Shown one piece after another: positions 39,162 through 48,413 of a DNA stretch of 64,000 nt (position 1 is its first letter; every line of letters begins with the position of its first letter). The notes below the pieces were generated by a model. It saw only the letters and a program-made list of their open reading frames with translations. It made no database searches and was not told where the DNA came from. A program made the translations under genes and the position numbers. This DNA is from a virus (taxonomy: Duplodnaviria; Caudoviricetes). The stretch lies in IMG/VR virus record IMGVR_UViG_3300005739_000025; one strand, 5' to 3'.

Positions 39162-40754
39162 TTAAAAATATTCCTGTAATACTTCTTTAAAATAATTTTT
39201 ATCCGATTCACCCAAGGTATCAAATATATCACCAAAGTGTTTTTTAGTTTCCGGTTTTAATGGCAATTCATCAGGAATAAATTCATATACACCTGGTTGG
39301 GTTTGAAATTCTATATAACTTTTTTGTATCTTTCTTAATTGTTTTTCCGATCCAGTAAACATGCTGTTATTAAAATCCCCCTTCCATTGATTGTATACTC
39401 TAACACCTCTATACTGGTTTGACCAGGAAGAACTAATAGGAAACTGTAATGCCTCTTTATAAAGTTTTAATCTTTTTCCTCTTAAGTCACTAAGTGGCTG
39501 CAGCCAATATTTTACCTGCATTACAGAATCATCATCGTCATTATCAGTATATGTAAACGACATTACCCAAAGAGGCTCTTTTCTTTCCGTACCTTCTTTT
39601 AAAGAAGACAAAATATCGCTAAAGTGTTCTTTGGTTTTTGGCTTAAGGTCTAGCTCTTCTTTCATTCTAGTACCATATATATAATTCTTATAGTCTAAAA
39701 ATTCTTTGTTAACCTTATCCTTTGGACCTATAAACGCTATTACCGTGGAGTACTTTCCAATATAGTTTCCAAGTCGTACATCTATATCTTTATCATCTTC
39801 ATAGAGACCGTGTTTGTAATTAACTTTATGATTGACTAGATTTTCTACTATCTCTTTATCCTTATCATTTAACCCTTCTAGACGCATATGTTTATAATCA
39901 GCATAAGCTACCTCCGTACCTCTTGGTTTATAGATCTTAATCAAAAATATAAACTTTTCTTTTTGCTGTCTACTCTCCTGCAACGCCGTAAAGATATCAC
40001 CAAAATGTTTTTTAGTTTCTGGTTTAACAGGTAAATCTTCTTCTAAACTTTTAAATGTAATTTTATAAGTCTTTATTAAATCCTTAACATCTGATAAAGA
40101 ATTAATAATGAAAGCTAGCCTGTATCTCACCTTACCACTATTATAGTGCTGTAATTCATAAGCCTTCATACCTGGAGTTGTTTTATATTGTTTCATCATC
40201 TTAAGTAACTTTTTTTCATCATCTGTCATCTCACTTATTTTTTTATAACTGTAAAGAGCTCTTTCTTCTGAGTAATACGCTTTTGGGTTCTCCCTCAACA
40301 CTCTTAGAAAGAATATATATTTGTCTCTATTTTTAGATTCATCTAAATTTGTAAGTATATCTTCAAAAGCTTCTCGAGATTTAGGTCTCATAGTTTTTTT
40401 AGCATATTCATTTTTAAGTTTCTTTATTATTTCTTCTCTATGTACATCCCACCAACGGTAAGATGCTTTATATGATGATTCATAGTCGCCTAGGTATTTG
40501 CTTACCACTAGATCTTTAAAAGAATAACCCGGTGTGTCCATATACTCTACAATTTCAATTACAGCATACTGCTCTCTTAAACTCTTATACCAACCTTCTT
40601 GTGGATCTTTATTTTCTAGTCTTACAGTGTATATAATTTCTCTATTATCTTTATCTATTTTTATATCTTGTACTGTTATTTTTACTGGTAAATCACTATA
40701 GAATATATTCTGAAATGATTCGGCTATGCTGTATAAATCTCTTTTACGGTTCAT
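39162..40754 (-). CDS. Polyprotein with four tagged modules
   Basis: RPKSREAFEDILTNLDES, KPETKKHFGDIFTALQES, KPKTKEHFSDILSSLKEG, KPETKKHFGDIFDTLGES. Confidence 0.8.
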   Translation of the reverse strand: MNRKRDLYSIAESFQNIFYSDLPVKITVQDIKIDKDNREIIYTVRLENKDPQEGWYKSLREQYAVIEIVEYMDTPGYSFKDLVVSKYLGDYESSYKASYRWWDVHREEIIKKLKNEYAKKTMRPKSREAFEDILTNLDESKNRDKYIFFLRVLRENPKAYYSEERALYSYKKISEMTDDEKKLLKMMKQYKTTPGMKAYELQHYNSGKVRYRLAFIINSLSDVKDLIKTYKITFKSLEEDLPVKPETKKHFGDIFTALQESRQQKEKFIFLIKIYKPRGTEVAYADYKHMRLEGLNDKDKEIVENLVNHKVNYKHGLYEDDKDIDVRLGNYIGKYSTVIAFIGPKDKVNKEFLDYKNYIYGTRMKEELDLKPKTKEHFSDILSSLKEGTERKEPLWVMSFTYTDNDDDDSVMQVKYWLQPLSDLRGKRLKLYKEALQFPISSSWSNQYRGVRVYNQWKGDFNNSMFTGSEKQLRKIQKSYIEFQTQPGVYEFIPDELPLKPETKKHFGDIFDTLGESDKNYFKEVLQEYF

Positions 40755-40755
40755 A

Positions 40756-41949
40756 TTAACAATGATAATTTAAGTACCTTTGAGCAGCCTTAGCTGTATT
40801 ATTACCTTTATTCTTTTGTTTTGATTTAATTCCTCTAGCTTTAGAACAAGACATCTTACCTTTTACTTGTCGTTTTAGAATACCAGGTCTCACCGGATCG
40901 TGTATAGATTTTTCTGATAAACAACTATCCATTATATTATCAAATATATCACCAAAGTGTTTTTCTGTTTCTGGTTTAAAATCTAGCTCTGGTTCGAATT
41001 TTCCTCTACCTGACCCAAAAGTAAGTATATTATTATCTAAAACTATTCTTAAATTGTCCTTCCCACCAATAAATGCATAATGCTTTCTTAATACAGGGTA
41101 AAATTTAGCTCCTGTGTAATGAGATGTATATTCTCTCTCATTAAATGTACCTCTTATTTTATTATTGTCTACATAAAATGTCATATCATTTAAACGTTCT
41201 TTATCCCTTTCTGTTAAGTCCTTTAATGGTTTTATTTTATAGTAATGTTTAGAATCCTTTGAAGCTTCATTTATGTTCATGAATAGAATATAGGGTTCTT
41301 GACCTTCCGGTATTTTAATTTCATCCATTAAATCGTTTATTGCTTCAACACTTTCGTTTAAACCGACTATTATATCACCGAAATGCTTTTGAGTCTCCGG
41401 CTTCATTGACTTTTTAATTTCATATGCATTAAGGGTCTTATTGTTAACCTTATCTAAAAATTTACCCAACTCCATCAAATCATTATCATTACTACTATCA
41501 TACGGTTTACCATACATTTTTCTACTACGTTTTAACTCTCTTATACCAGATTTAATATCGGTACTAATATCCTGACTTTGAGCAGTTGTTAGGTGAGTTA
41601 GTCCAGAATGTATCATTTGACCATGGGTGCCCTTACCCTTCAATTCGGGTTCATAAAGATATATATCTGTTTCTACTTCGTCTTCATTCATTGCCCAATC
41701 ATATATTGTTCTTATAACTTTATATTTTTTCTTTGAAGTTCTATCTTCAACATCATAATCAAATACTGCTTCACCATCTTCATTATAATATTTTTGTAAT
41801 GTAGAAATATAAAATCTACCATTGTCAACACTCTCGTTAAGACCACCCATTACACCATCAAAGTGTTTTTTTGTTTTTGGTCTAGCAGCTAAAACTTTTT
41901 TATCTTGTAAATTTTCCAATAAATTGCTAATTGTTTTATAGAATCCCAC
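40756..41949 (-). CDS. Polyprotein with leader, three tags and a basic C-terminal module
   Basis: MGFYKTISNLLE leader; RPKTKKHFDGVMGGLNES, KPETQKHFGDIIVGLNES, KPETEKHFGDIFDNI...LSE. Confidence 0.8.
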   Translation of the reverse strand: MGFYKTISNLLENLQDKKVLAARPKTKKHFDGVMGGLNESVDNGRFYISTLQKYYNEDGEAVFDYDVEDRTSKKKYKVIRTIYDWAMNEDEVETDIYLYEPELKGKGTHGQMIHSGLTHLTTAQSQDISTDIKSGIRELKRSRKMYGKPYDSSNDNDLMELGKFLDKVNNKTLNAYEIKKSMKPETQKHFGDIIVGLNESVEAINDLMDEIKIPEGQEPYILFMNINEASKDSKHYYKIKPLKDLTERDKERLNDMTFYVDNNKIRGTFNEREYTSHYTGAKFYPVLRKHYAFIGGKDNLRIVLDNNILTFGSGRGKFEPELDFKPETEKHFGDIFDNIMDSCLSEKSIHDPVRPGILKRQVKGKMSCSKARGIKSKQKNKGNNTAKAAQRYLNYHC

Positions 41950-42003
41950 AATTTTATTTAAGATTTAAAGTATATTTTTAGCTACTATTCGTTATAATAA
42001 ATT

Positions 42004-42714
42004 GTGGGTAAATCTATAGTCTATTATGGTTATATAGGAAATGATATGTATGTTGAGCCAGAAAAAGTCTGGCCAACAGCTATAGGTAATTGTCTATTGT
42101 TGTCTAAACTACATTCTGATGGCACGGCCGGTGGGGTGACTAAATGCCCCGCTTTCAAAGAATTTTATAAAAATACATTTTTAATAACCTCACCCTTTGA
42201 TTATAAACTTAATATAACAGATAGGAAGTTTCAATGTTATGATTATGATCAAGATTTTTATGATAGATATATCATTACAAGAGATGTTTCTAATAGAGTA
42301 TTAAGCTTAAGAGCACCAGAAATTATATTTTTTAGTGAAGATAAAAACTTGGAACTGGAAATGTTGCCTCCTCTTTTAAGTCCTAATATGTTTTCTAATT
42401 GTTTGTACATAACAGGCAAATACAACATAGGAAAACATTTTCGTACACTAGAATTAGCTTTAGCTTTAAGAGAGGATAAAGAATTAGAGATTAATTCAGG
42501 AGACAGTCTATATTATGTTAGATTTAACACGGACAATGAAGTAGAGTTAAGAAGATTTTTATTCAATACAGAACTAATGCAAATTATAACTTATATAACA
42601 AATATAAGAACTTATACTAAAAAAATAAAACCGTTATGTGAGTACTATACTAAAGCTATGCAATTCGGTTATAGAAATAAAATTCTTAAAAATATACGTA
42701 AAAATTTATTTTAA
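42004..42714 (+). CDS. Conserved hypothetical phage protein
   Basis: 236-aa ORF with CPAFKE...TFLITSPFD motif. Confidence 0.55.
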   Translation: MGKSIVYYGYIGNDMYVEPEKVWPTAIGNCLLLSKLHSDGTAGGVTKCPAFKEFYKNTFLITSPFDYKLNITDRKFQCYDYDQDFYDRYIITRDVSNRVLSLRAPEIIFFSEDKNLELEMLPPLLSPNMFSNCLYITGKYNIGKHFRTLELALALREDKELEINSGDSLYYVRFNTDNEVELRRFLFNTELMQIITYITNIRTYTKKIKPLCEYYTKAMQFGYRNKILKNIRKNLF

Positions 42715-42745
42715 CGTGATTAACAGCAGAATAAATAATTATACA

Positions 42746-42949
42746 GTGAAAGTAAATGACTCGTCTTTCTATAAAGAGTTCTTAGCAATGAAAGAAGAGA
42801 TTTTAAAACACAAATGGTACGAGTCTGAAAGAGTAGGCTATGATATAGGATTTTCTAGAGCGTTAATTGACTGGACTATAAAATTTAAATCTACCTTTTT
42901 AAAACAAAGAAAGAAAAAAATTAAATCGTATATTTCATACCCAAATTAG
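42746..42949 (+). CDS. DUF4032-like small protein
   Basis: YKEFLAMKEEILKHKWYESERVGYDIGFSRALIDW; TAAATA upstream of GTG 42746. Confidence 0.65.
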   Translation: MKVNDSSFYKEFLAMKEEILKHKWYESERVGYDIGFSRALIDWTIKFKSTFLKQRKKKIKSYISYPN

Positions 42950-43292
42950 AGGGTTGAGTTTGAGGAGCTGTAGGAGCGACTCTACCTGTAGGGGCTGTTA
43001 ATTTAGCTAGTAACACTGTTATATTTTCTATAGCTTTCATCATATTGTTTAGTTTTTGATCTAATGAGTTTATCTGATTAGTGAGATTTTGTAAGTTCGG
43101 TGCACCACCTGTTGATGTGCTTTGAGTATTGCTCATAGCTGTGGGAGCGCTAAAACTATTAGCATTTGGTGTAGATGACGTAGGAACTGTAGGCTGAAAA
43201 CTGTTTGGATTCAAAGCCATAGGAGGAGTTGCCTCTTTAACTAAACTTTTAGTATAGTTTTCAAAAATATTATTGAAATCTTCTTTTTTCAT
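42921..43292 (-). CDS. Probable head-packaged low-complexity protein
   Basis: FNNIFENYTKSLVKE leader; P/S/T linker and short coiled coil. Confidence 0.55.
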   Translation of the reverse strand: MKKEDFNNIFENYTKSLVKEATPPMALNPNSFQPTVPTSSTPNANSFSAPTAMSNTQSTSTGGAPNLQNLTNQINSLDQKLNNMMKAIENITVLLAKLTAPTGRVAPTAPQTQPSNLGMKYTI

Positions 43293-43570
43293 TACCAGTT
43301 TTTACAAGAAAAATATTTTGCAGTTCCAGGCTTTGCTGATGAACATTTGTGACGCGCTCTAAAAGATTTGCGACGTTTTGGATTTGATTTTTTAATTCTT
43401 CTTTTTGGATCACCATAATGTACGCGTTTTAACTTACCACCAACTCGAGCACATCTCATATATTTTTTATCTGTTCTCGTTGATGATTGCTGACCGGTAA
43501 CTTTAGTACATCTGCTACCTTTTTTTGCTTCTTCTAAAATTTGATTAACTAAATTATCGAAATTAAGCAC
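43292..43570 (-). CDS. Basic Cys-containing virion-type protein
   Basis: NFDNLVNQILEE leader; HYGDP...RRKSFRARHKC...YFSCKNW, recalled as widespread in large phages. Confidence 0.65.
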   Translation of the reverse strand: MLNFDNLVNQILEEAKKGSRCTKVTGQQSSTRTDKKYMRCARVGGKLKRVHYGDPKRRIKKSNPKRRKSFRARHKCSSAKPGTAKYFSCKNW

Positions 43571-43789
43571 TTCTATATTCCCCTTCGATATCATGAGCTA
43601 TTTGCATTAACCTATCACCATCCCCTCTTCTTGCTTTCATAGAAGATATTCTAGTAGCTATAGCTGCAATTTCAGAAGCTAAATTGATCATTTTATTTTT
43701 ATGCTCTGGCGGTTCACCAATATCAGATTCATAAACTTTTGAATACGCCTCAGAAATATTATATAACTCATTCTTCTTCATAAATGTAT

Positions 43790-44743
43790 TTATAAAGAAC
43801 CTATAATGTCTCCGAAATGTTCTTTTGTTTTAGGCTTCATATTTTTAGTGCTCAGTATCTTTAATCTTTCTTTTTGTGACATTAAAGCAATTTTTAAAAC
43901 CTCAAATGCATCTTTATCAACATCTAATGTATTATTTGTCAAACCATCATACAACTCATACCCACCTATATATGTTAAAGATTTACCCCCTTGTTTATGT
44001 TTTTTTAATGGAATAAGATCCGTATCCCAACGTTTAGTTTTTTTATCTAATATTTTTCTCTTTAATTCTAATCCTAAAAACATAGGTGTTTTTTCATCTA
44101 CAGAATAAGAAAAGTGCTGTAATATTTCATAAAACTTTACACCTTTAGAAGTATTATACCTCACCGTTATTTCATCAATTATTTTGTTATATCTATAACC
44201 AGGATTCTTTGAATATATTCTATTAAAGTCTATAATTTCGGGCTCATTTGTTTGCCTTGACTCTGAAACCGCGCCTAATATATCACCAAAGTGTTTTTTA
44301 GTCTCCGGCTTCATACCCATTGCCTCAATACTCCTCTTTTTCATATCAAAATTACTAACTTGATCTAAAATTTCTTCAATTATTCTAAAACCTTTTTTAT
44401 TTTTAAAATATGGATGCTTATGAATAGCGTGAGCCGCTACTAAATTCATTGGCAGCTCTTTCATTAAATTACGATCTATTGAATGAAGGATCATACCTTC
44501 TTCGCTATTATATCTGCAGTGAAAAATTGCAGTAGATTGTAATATACCAGGCTTATCTTCCTTCAATTTTTCAAAAATCTGAAAAACATTAAACCTTTCT
44601 TTTGTAATAGTATCTTCAAACCTAAAAAAATCGTTTATAAAATGATTAGAAATATCTCTTCTAAATTCTATAAGCTCTACATTTACAGGCTCTGATTTGC
44701 CTCTACTATACGCCTCAAATATTAACTTAGATGTAATATCCAC
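43790..44743 (-). CDS. Two-module tagged polyprotein with leader
   Basis: MDITSKLIFEAY leader; KPETKKHFGDILGAVSES and terminal KPKTKEHFGDIIGSL. Confidence 0.8.
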   Translation of the reverse strand: MDITSKLIFEAYSRGKSEPVNVELIEFRRDISNHFINDFFRFEDTITKERFNVFQIFEKLKEDKPGILQSTAIFHCRYNSEEGMILHSIDRNLMKELPMNLVAAHAIHKHPYFKNKKGFRIIEEILDQVSNFDMKKRSIEAMGMKPETKKHFGDILGAVSESRQTNEPEIIDFNRIYSKNPGYRYNKIIDEITVRYNTSKGVKFYEILQHFSYSVDEKTPMFLGLELKRKILDKKTKRWDTDLIPLKKHKQGGKSLTYIGGYELYDGLTNNTLDVDKDAFEVLKIALMSQKERLKILSTKNMKPKTKEHFGDIIGSL

Positions 44744-44755
44744 ACTTATATTTAA

Positions 44756-45298
44756 TTATAAAGAAGATAATATGTCACCAAAATGCTTTTGTGTTTCTGG
44801 CTTCATGTTTCTTAATCTTAAGTAGTTGTTTAGATTTTTTAACTCATCTTTAGAATAAACACCCTCGGTCACCGATAAATCTTCATAATCATTTAATACA
44901 TCTGCCATTACGTGCTTTATAAGATTTTTCATATCATCTAACATAGGTCCATGTTTATGTCTGCTTTTAGCATTATGAACAAGCTCTAATACAAAATAGT
45001 AAACATATCTAGGAAAATTTAATTTATCTGTTAAACCATACTTACTACGTAAATTTATTAAAATATTTTTTCTATGCATTCTAAACGGTCCAAGCTCAAA
45101 TAACCCTCTTACTAAAAACGGTAACAAAGGTATACCAACAATATTATTAAACATATCATAGAGTTTATTCTCTAGCCACGATTGTCCTCCTAATTCCCTC
45201 AATTGCCACAAAGTTTCAGTATTTTTCTTTATAGCAATATTAAAAAGAAAAGCAGCAACTTTATCAGCGTATTCGTTCTCGCTCGGTGTTAATGTCAT
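44756..45298 (-). CDS. Tagged protein (KPETQKHFGDILSSL)
   Basis: C-terminal motif. Confidence 0.75.
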   Translation of the reverse strand: MTLTPSENEYADKVAAFLFNIAIKKNTETLWQLRELGGQSWLENKLYDMFNNIVGIPLLPFLVRGLFELGPFRMHRKNILINLRSKYGLTDKLNFPRYVYYFVLELVHNAKSRHKHGPMLDDMKNLIKHVMADVLNDYEDLSVTEGVYSKDELKNLNNYLRLRNMKPETQKHFGDILSSL

Positions 45299-46389
45299 AA
45301 CTCTCTTAAAATATCTCCAAAATGTTCTTTTGTTTTCTTTTTCATTCTAGTATCTGAAAAATAATTAGAATCCATAAGGTTTAATAGCAATGCATTTTTT
45401 AAAAACACCTCTGCTATCTTGTAGTTAGTATCATAGGAGTGAGGAAAATAACAATAATATATGTACGATGTATTAACGTGGGATTTTCTATCTTGCATTA
45501 ATATTTCTAAATATTTTTTAGCATTTGGACCAGCGTTATATGATGTTACACCTGTATCCAATAAACCATTTACCTCATTTACATCTATTTCTGGATTATT
45601 ATACACACAATCATATAAAACATGTTTTTCTATGTAAGGTTGTAAAAACTTAGTGAGTATAAAATCATCCGGATCTTCACTTACATATATATTTTCTTTT
45701 ATTACCAAATATGGCATTATATTAAGTTTTACTAGTGAATATAGTTCGTGCTGATTTCTAATTTTAGAGAGCGCAGTGCCTCTATATTTGTAACCTGTTA
45801 AATCATTGGCTAAATTAGCTACTATTTCGCAAATTCTTTTTTCAAAGTCTACCAACTTTAAACTTTTTATCTTACCTGCAGATGTATGTTGATAGCTTTC
45901 TAAAATGCTTTTATATTGTTCATTAAACCCCAAACCTTTTATGATATCACCAAAATGTTTTTTTGTCTCAGGTTTAAACGCTAGTCCTTCTTTTTTATAC
46001 GCCAGCAACCAATTTGCTTTTTTTTCTACCTCCGACATGTAGGTTCCTTGTCTATAAAAATCAGGTACTTTCTTTTGCATTTTATCAAAGTCTTTATCAT
46101 CTCTATCTGTAAAAACATAACCTTTAAAAAGAGTGCTATCTGCTTTTAATGCAACAATAATTTGAGAATGGTTTGCAAAATCTAACTTAGTTCTTTTTCT
46201 ACTATTTTTTGTATTGACAAATACAAATGCAAATCTTTCAAAATTATTATTCTCTAAATAATTTATAATCTTTTGTAGGTTATCTTTGTTATAGTTTATA
46301 AAAAGATTGCTATTAATTCCTGGAAACGCTTTTCTTACTATATTTCCATTATAAATCTTACCAACCTTTAATTGATTAAAAACTTTCAT
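45295..46389 (-). CDS. Two-module tagged polyprotein
   Basis: KPETKKHFGDIIKGLGFNE...ILES and terminal KKKTKEHFGDILREL. Confidence 0.8.
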   Translation of the reverse strand: MKVFNQLKVGKIYNGNIVRKAFPGINSNLFINYNKDNLQKIINYLENNNFERFAFVFVNTKNSRKRTKLDFANHSQIIVALKADSTLFKGYVFTDRDDKDFDKMQKKVPDFYRQGTYMSEVEKKANWLLAYKKEGLAFKPETKKHFGDIIKGLGFNEQYKSILESYQHTSAGKIKSLKLVDFEKRICEIVANLANDLTGYKYRGTALSKIRNQHELYSLVKLNIMPYLVIKENIYVSEDPDDFILTKFLQPYIEKHVLYDCVYNNPEIDVNEVNGLLDTGVTSYNAGPNAKKYLEILMQDRKSHVNTSYIYYCYFPHSYDTNYKIAEVFLKNALLLNLMDSNYFSDTRMKKKTKEHFGDILREL

Positions 46390-46988
46390 TTATCTAACGC
46401 TCCAAATATATCTCCAAAATGTTTTTTAGTCTCAGGTTTTAAACTTTTATTGAATACGTATTTTTCCCAATAGCTATGTCCCTCTTCAGCGTATTTTTTA
46501 GCTAGTGCATGAAACATAATAGCTAATACTCTAAATCCCTTATCATATAATTCACCATCTTCTAATTCTTCAAATAAACGTTTAAACTCTATTCGCCTCC
46601 CAGCACCTCCAACATACTTTAATAAAGATTTATTAAGAATTTTTTCTATCTTGTCTTTATCTTCATCTTTTAATATACTTTCGCGGGGCTGCATTAAATC
46701 GTAAAAAAACCATCCAATATGCTTTTGCGTCCTTTCATCCACATTAGGATCAAACTTAAATAACCTTCTAAAATTTGCTGTATTCTGATCTTCTATATCA
46801 GTATTATAATACATGTTTGATTTTGCTCTTTGTCTTTCAGTTTTAAATCTATTAGATTTTGGTAGAGCTTTATACTGATTTCTTTTTCTTAACAACATGT
46901 TTATAGTGTAAGTAAGAAGCTTATGTTCTTCTGGAGTTACATCTACCAGTATTTCCTCTAAGAAAAGAATATACTTTTTGAAGTTCAT
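46386..46988 (-). CDS. Tagged protein with leader (MNFKKYILFLEE ... KPETKKHFGDIFGALDK)
   Basis: Both motifs; TAAATA 6 nt upstream. Confidence 0.78.
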   Translation of the reverse strand: MNFKKYILFLEEILVDVTPEEHKLLTYTINMLLRKRNQYKALPKSNRFKTERQRAKSNMYYNTDIEDQNTANFRRLFKFDPNVDERTQKHIGWFFYDLMQPRESILKDEDKDKIEKILNKSLLKYVGGAGRRIEFKRLFEELEDGELYDKGFRVLAIMFHALAKKYAEEGHSYWEKYVFNKSLKPETKKHFGDIFGALDK

Positions 46989-47000
46989 CTAAATTATTTA

Positions 47001-47678
47001 TTAACTGTTGATACCTGCGAGTATATCCCCGAAATGCTTTTGAGTCTCTGGCTTCATAGTTCTTTTAATTCTATATTTTTTTAACGATTTATAAAAACTA
47101 TTTTGGCTCATAACTTCTACCCAACCATCTCTATCATAAAGAGCAATACTTCCAATAAAAGCGTACATACCAGTTCTAATTATTTCTTTAATTTTTTCTA
47201 TATCATTATATACACCTTTAAAGTTCTCTCTTCCCCACCCATCTAATCCCCCAATCATCATAGTGATTGATACTGAGTATTCACTTTTTTTCCAAATAGT
47301 ATTCGCTTTTTTCTTGTCAAATAATCTATCTATTAATGCTTTTACGGAAGGTTCTTTATCTAATTCTAAAAAAGTACCTCCAACATAGTCCCAGTCATCA
47401 TCTCTTCTTGGTTTATGATCTATTAAATTACATAAAAATTTGTATATATTTTTTATAATGTAATCTTCATCCGGATAGTAGATCGCTTCATCAGTAGCAA
47501 TACCACCAGGCCTATTAAAAGGTTGTTTTGCTAATTTAAAATAATATTTTTGTAAAAATTGTGAAATAAGAGTTATGCAATCTTCTTCTCTTTGTGTTAA
47601 AGGTATTGGCCTGTACCCGTCTACCTCTGGAAAACGTGTACCTTCGATTATCGTTCGAACTTGCTCGTAAAAGTCCAT
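47001..47678 (-). CDS. Tagged protein with leader (MDFYEQVRTIIE ... KPETQKHFGDILAGINS)
   Basis: Both motifs; start moved to 47678. Confidence 0.75.
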   Translation of the reverse strand: MDFYEQVRTIIEGTRFPEVDGYRPIPLTQREEDCITLISQFLQKYYFKLAKQPFNRPGGIATDEAIYYPDEDYIIKNIYKFLCNLIDHKPRRDDDWDYVGGTFLELDKEPSVKALIDRLFDKKKANTIWKKSEYSVSITMMIGGLDGWGRENFKGVYNDIEKIKEIIRTGMYAFIGSIALYDRDGWVEVMSQNSFYKSLKKYRIKRTMKPETQKHFGDILAGINS

Positions 47679-47926
47679 CTCATTATCTTGCAGATGGTAT
47701 CCAGCTTGCATCCTCAGGATTTTCTGGAAGTTTTAATGTTTTAGCCTGACCTTGATCAGATCTATAACCCTCAATTAAGTCTAAAACTTTTTTTAAACCT
47801 TCAGCTATTTGATCTAAAACATCACCTTTTACTGCCTCTGCATCTTCATCTGGCATTTGTTCTTGTTGAGAACATTGAGATTCTACTACAGTTTTGTATG
47901 CTTTATATATGCTGCTATTATTCATA

Positions 47927-48412
47927 TTATCTTGTTAATAAGTTTCTTAAGTTATACATTATAGACCAAACAGATGGTCTACTGATTACTCTTTTTATTT
48001 CCTCTAAAAGAGAACGGTCTTTAATGTGAGTTGTTGCGTAACTTTTTATAAACTCTTTTAGTTGATTAATATCTATATTTTTATATCTATCTAATCCAAA
48101 GTTCTCTAAACCTAAAAAGAAAGCGTCTTCTACTTCGTCAATTAAATCTTTTATATAAGGAAGATTCGATTGGAACATAAAGTATTTTGATTTTCTTTCT
48201 ACAGGTTTTTGAACTAGCTTTGTATTTTCTACATTACTATTTTCTGCAAAGTTTTCCAAAAGTTTATTAAACTCTGAATAGTTTCTTTCAACACCCAAAA
48301 GTTTTTTATACTTTGAATTCTCTAAAATTTGTCTTTGTTTTTCAGTTAACTTATGTTTACCGTAGTAATATTTTTCAGCTAACAATTTTAATTTTTTGTC
48401 TCTTGAGTTCAT
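47927..48412 (-). CDS. Probable head-packaged protein
   Basis: MNSRDKKLKLLAEKY leader; internal ILE and LLE sites. Confidence 0.5.
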   Translation of the reverse strand: MNSRDKKLKLLAEKYYYGKHKLTEKQRQILENSKYKKLLGVERNYSEFNKLLENFAENSNVENTKLVQKPVERKSKYFMFQSNLPYIKDLIDEVEDAFFLGLENFGLDRYKNIDINQLKEFIKSYATTHIKDRSLLEEIKRVISRPSVWSIMYNLRNLLTR

Positions 48413-48413
48413 A

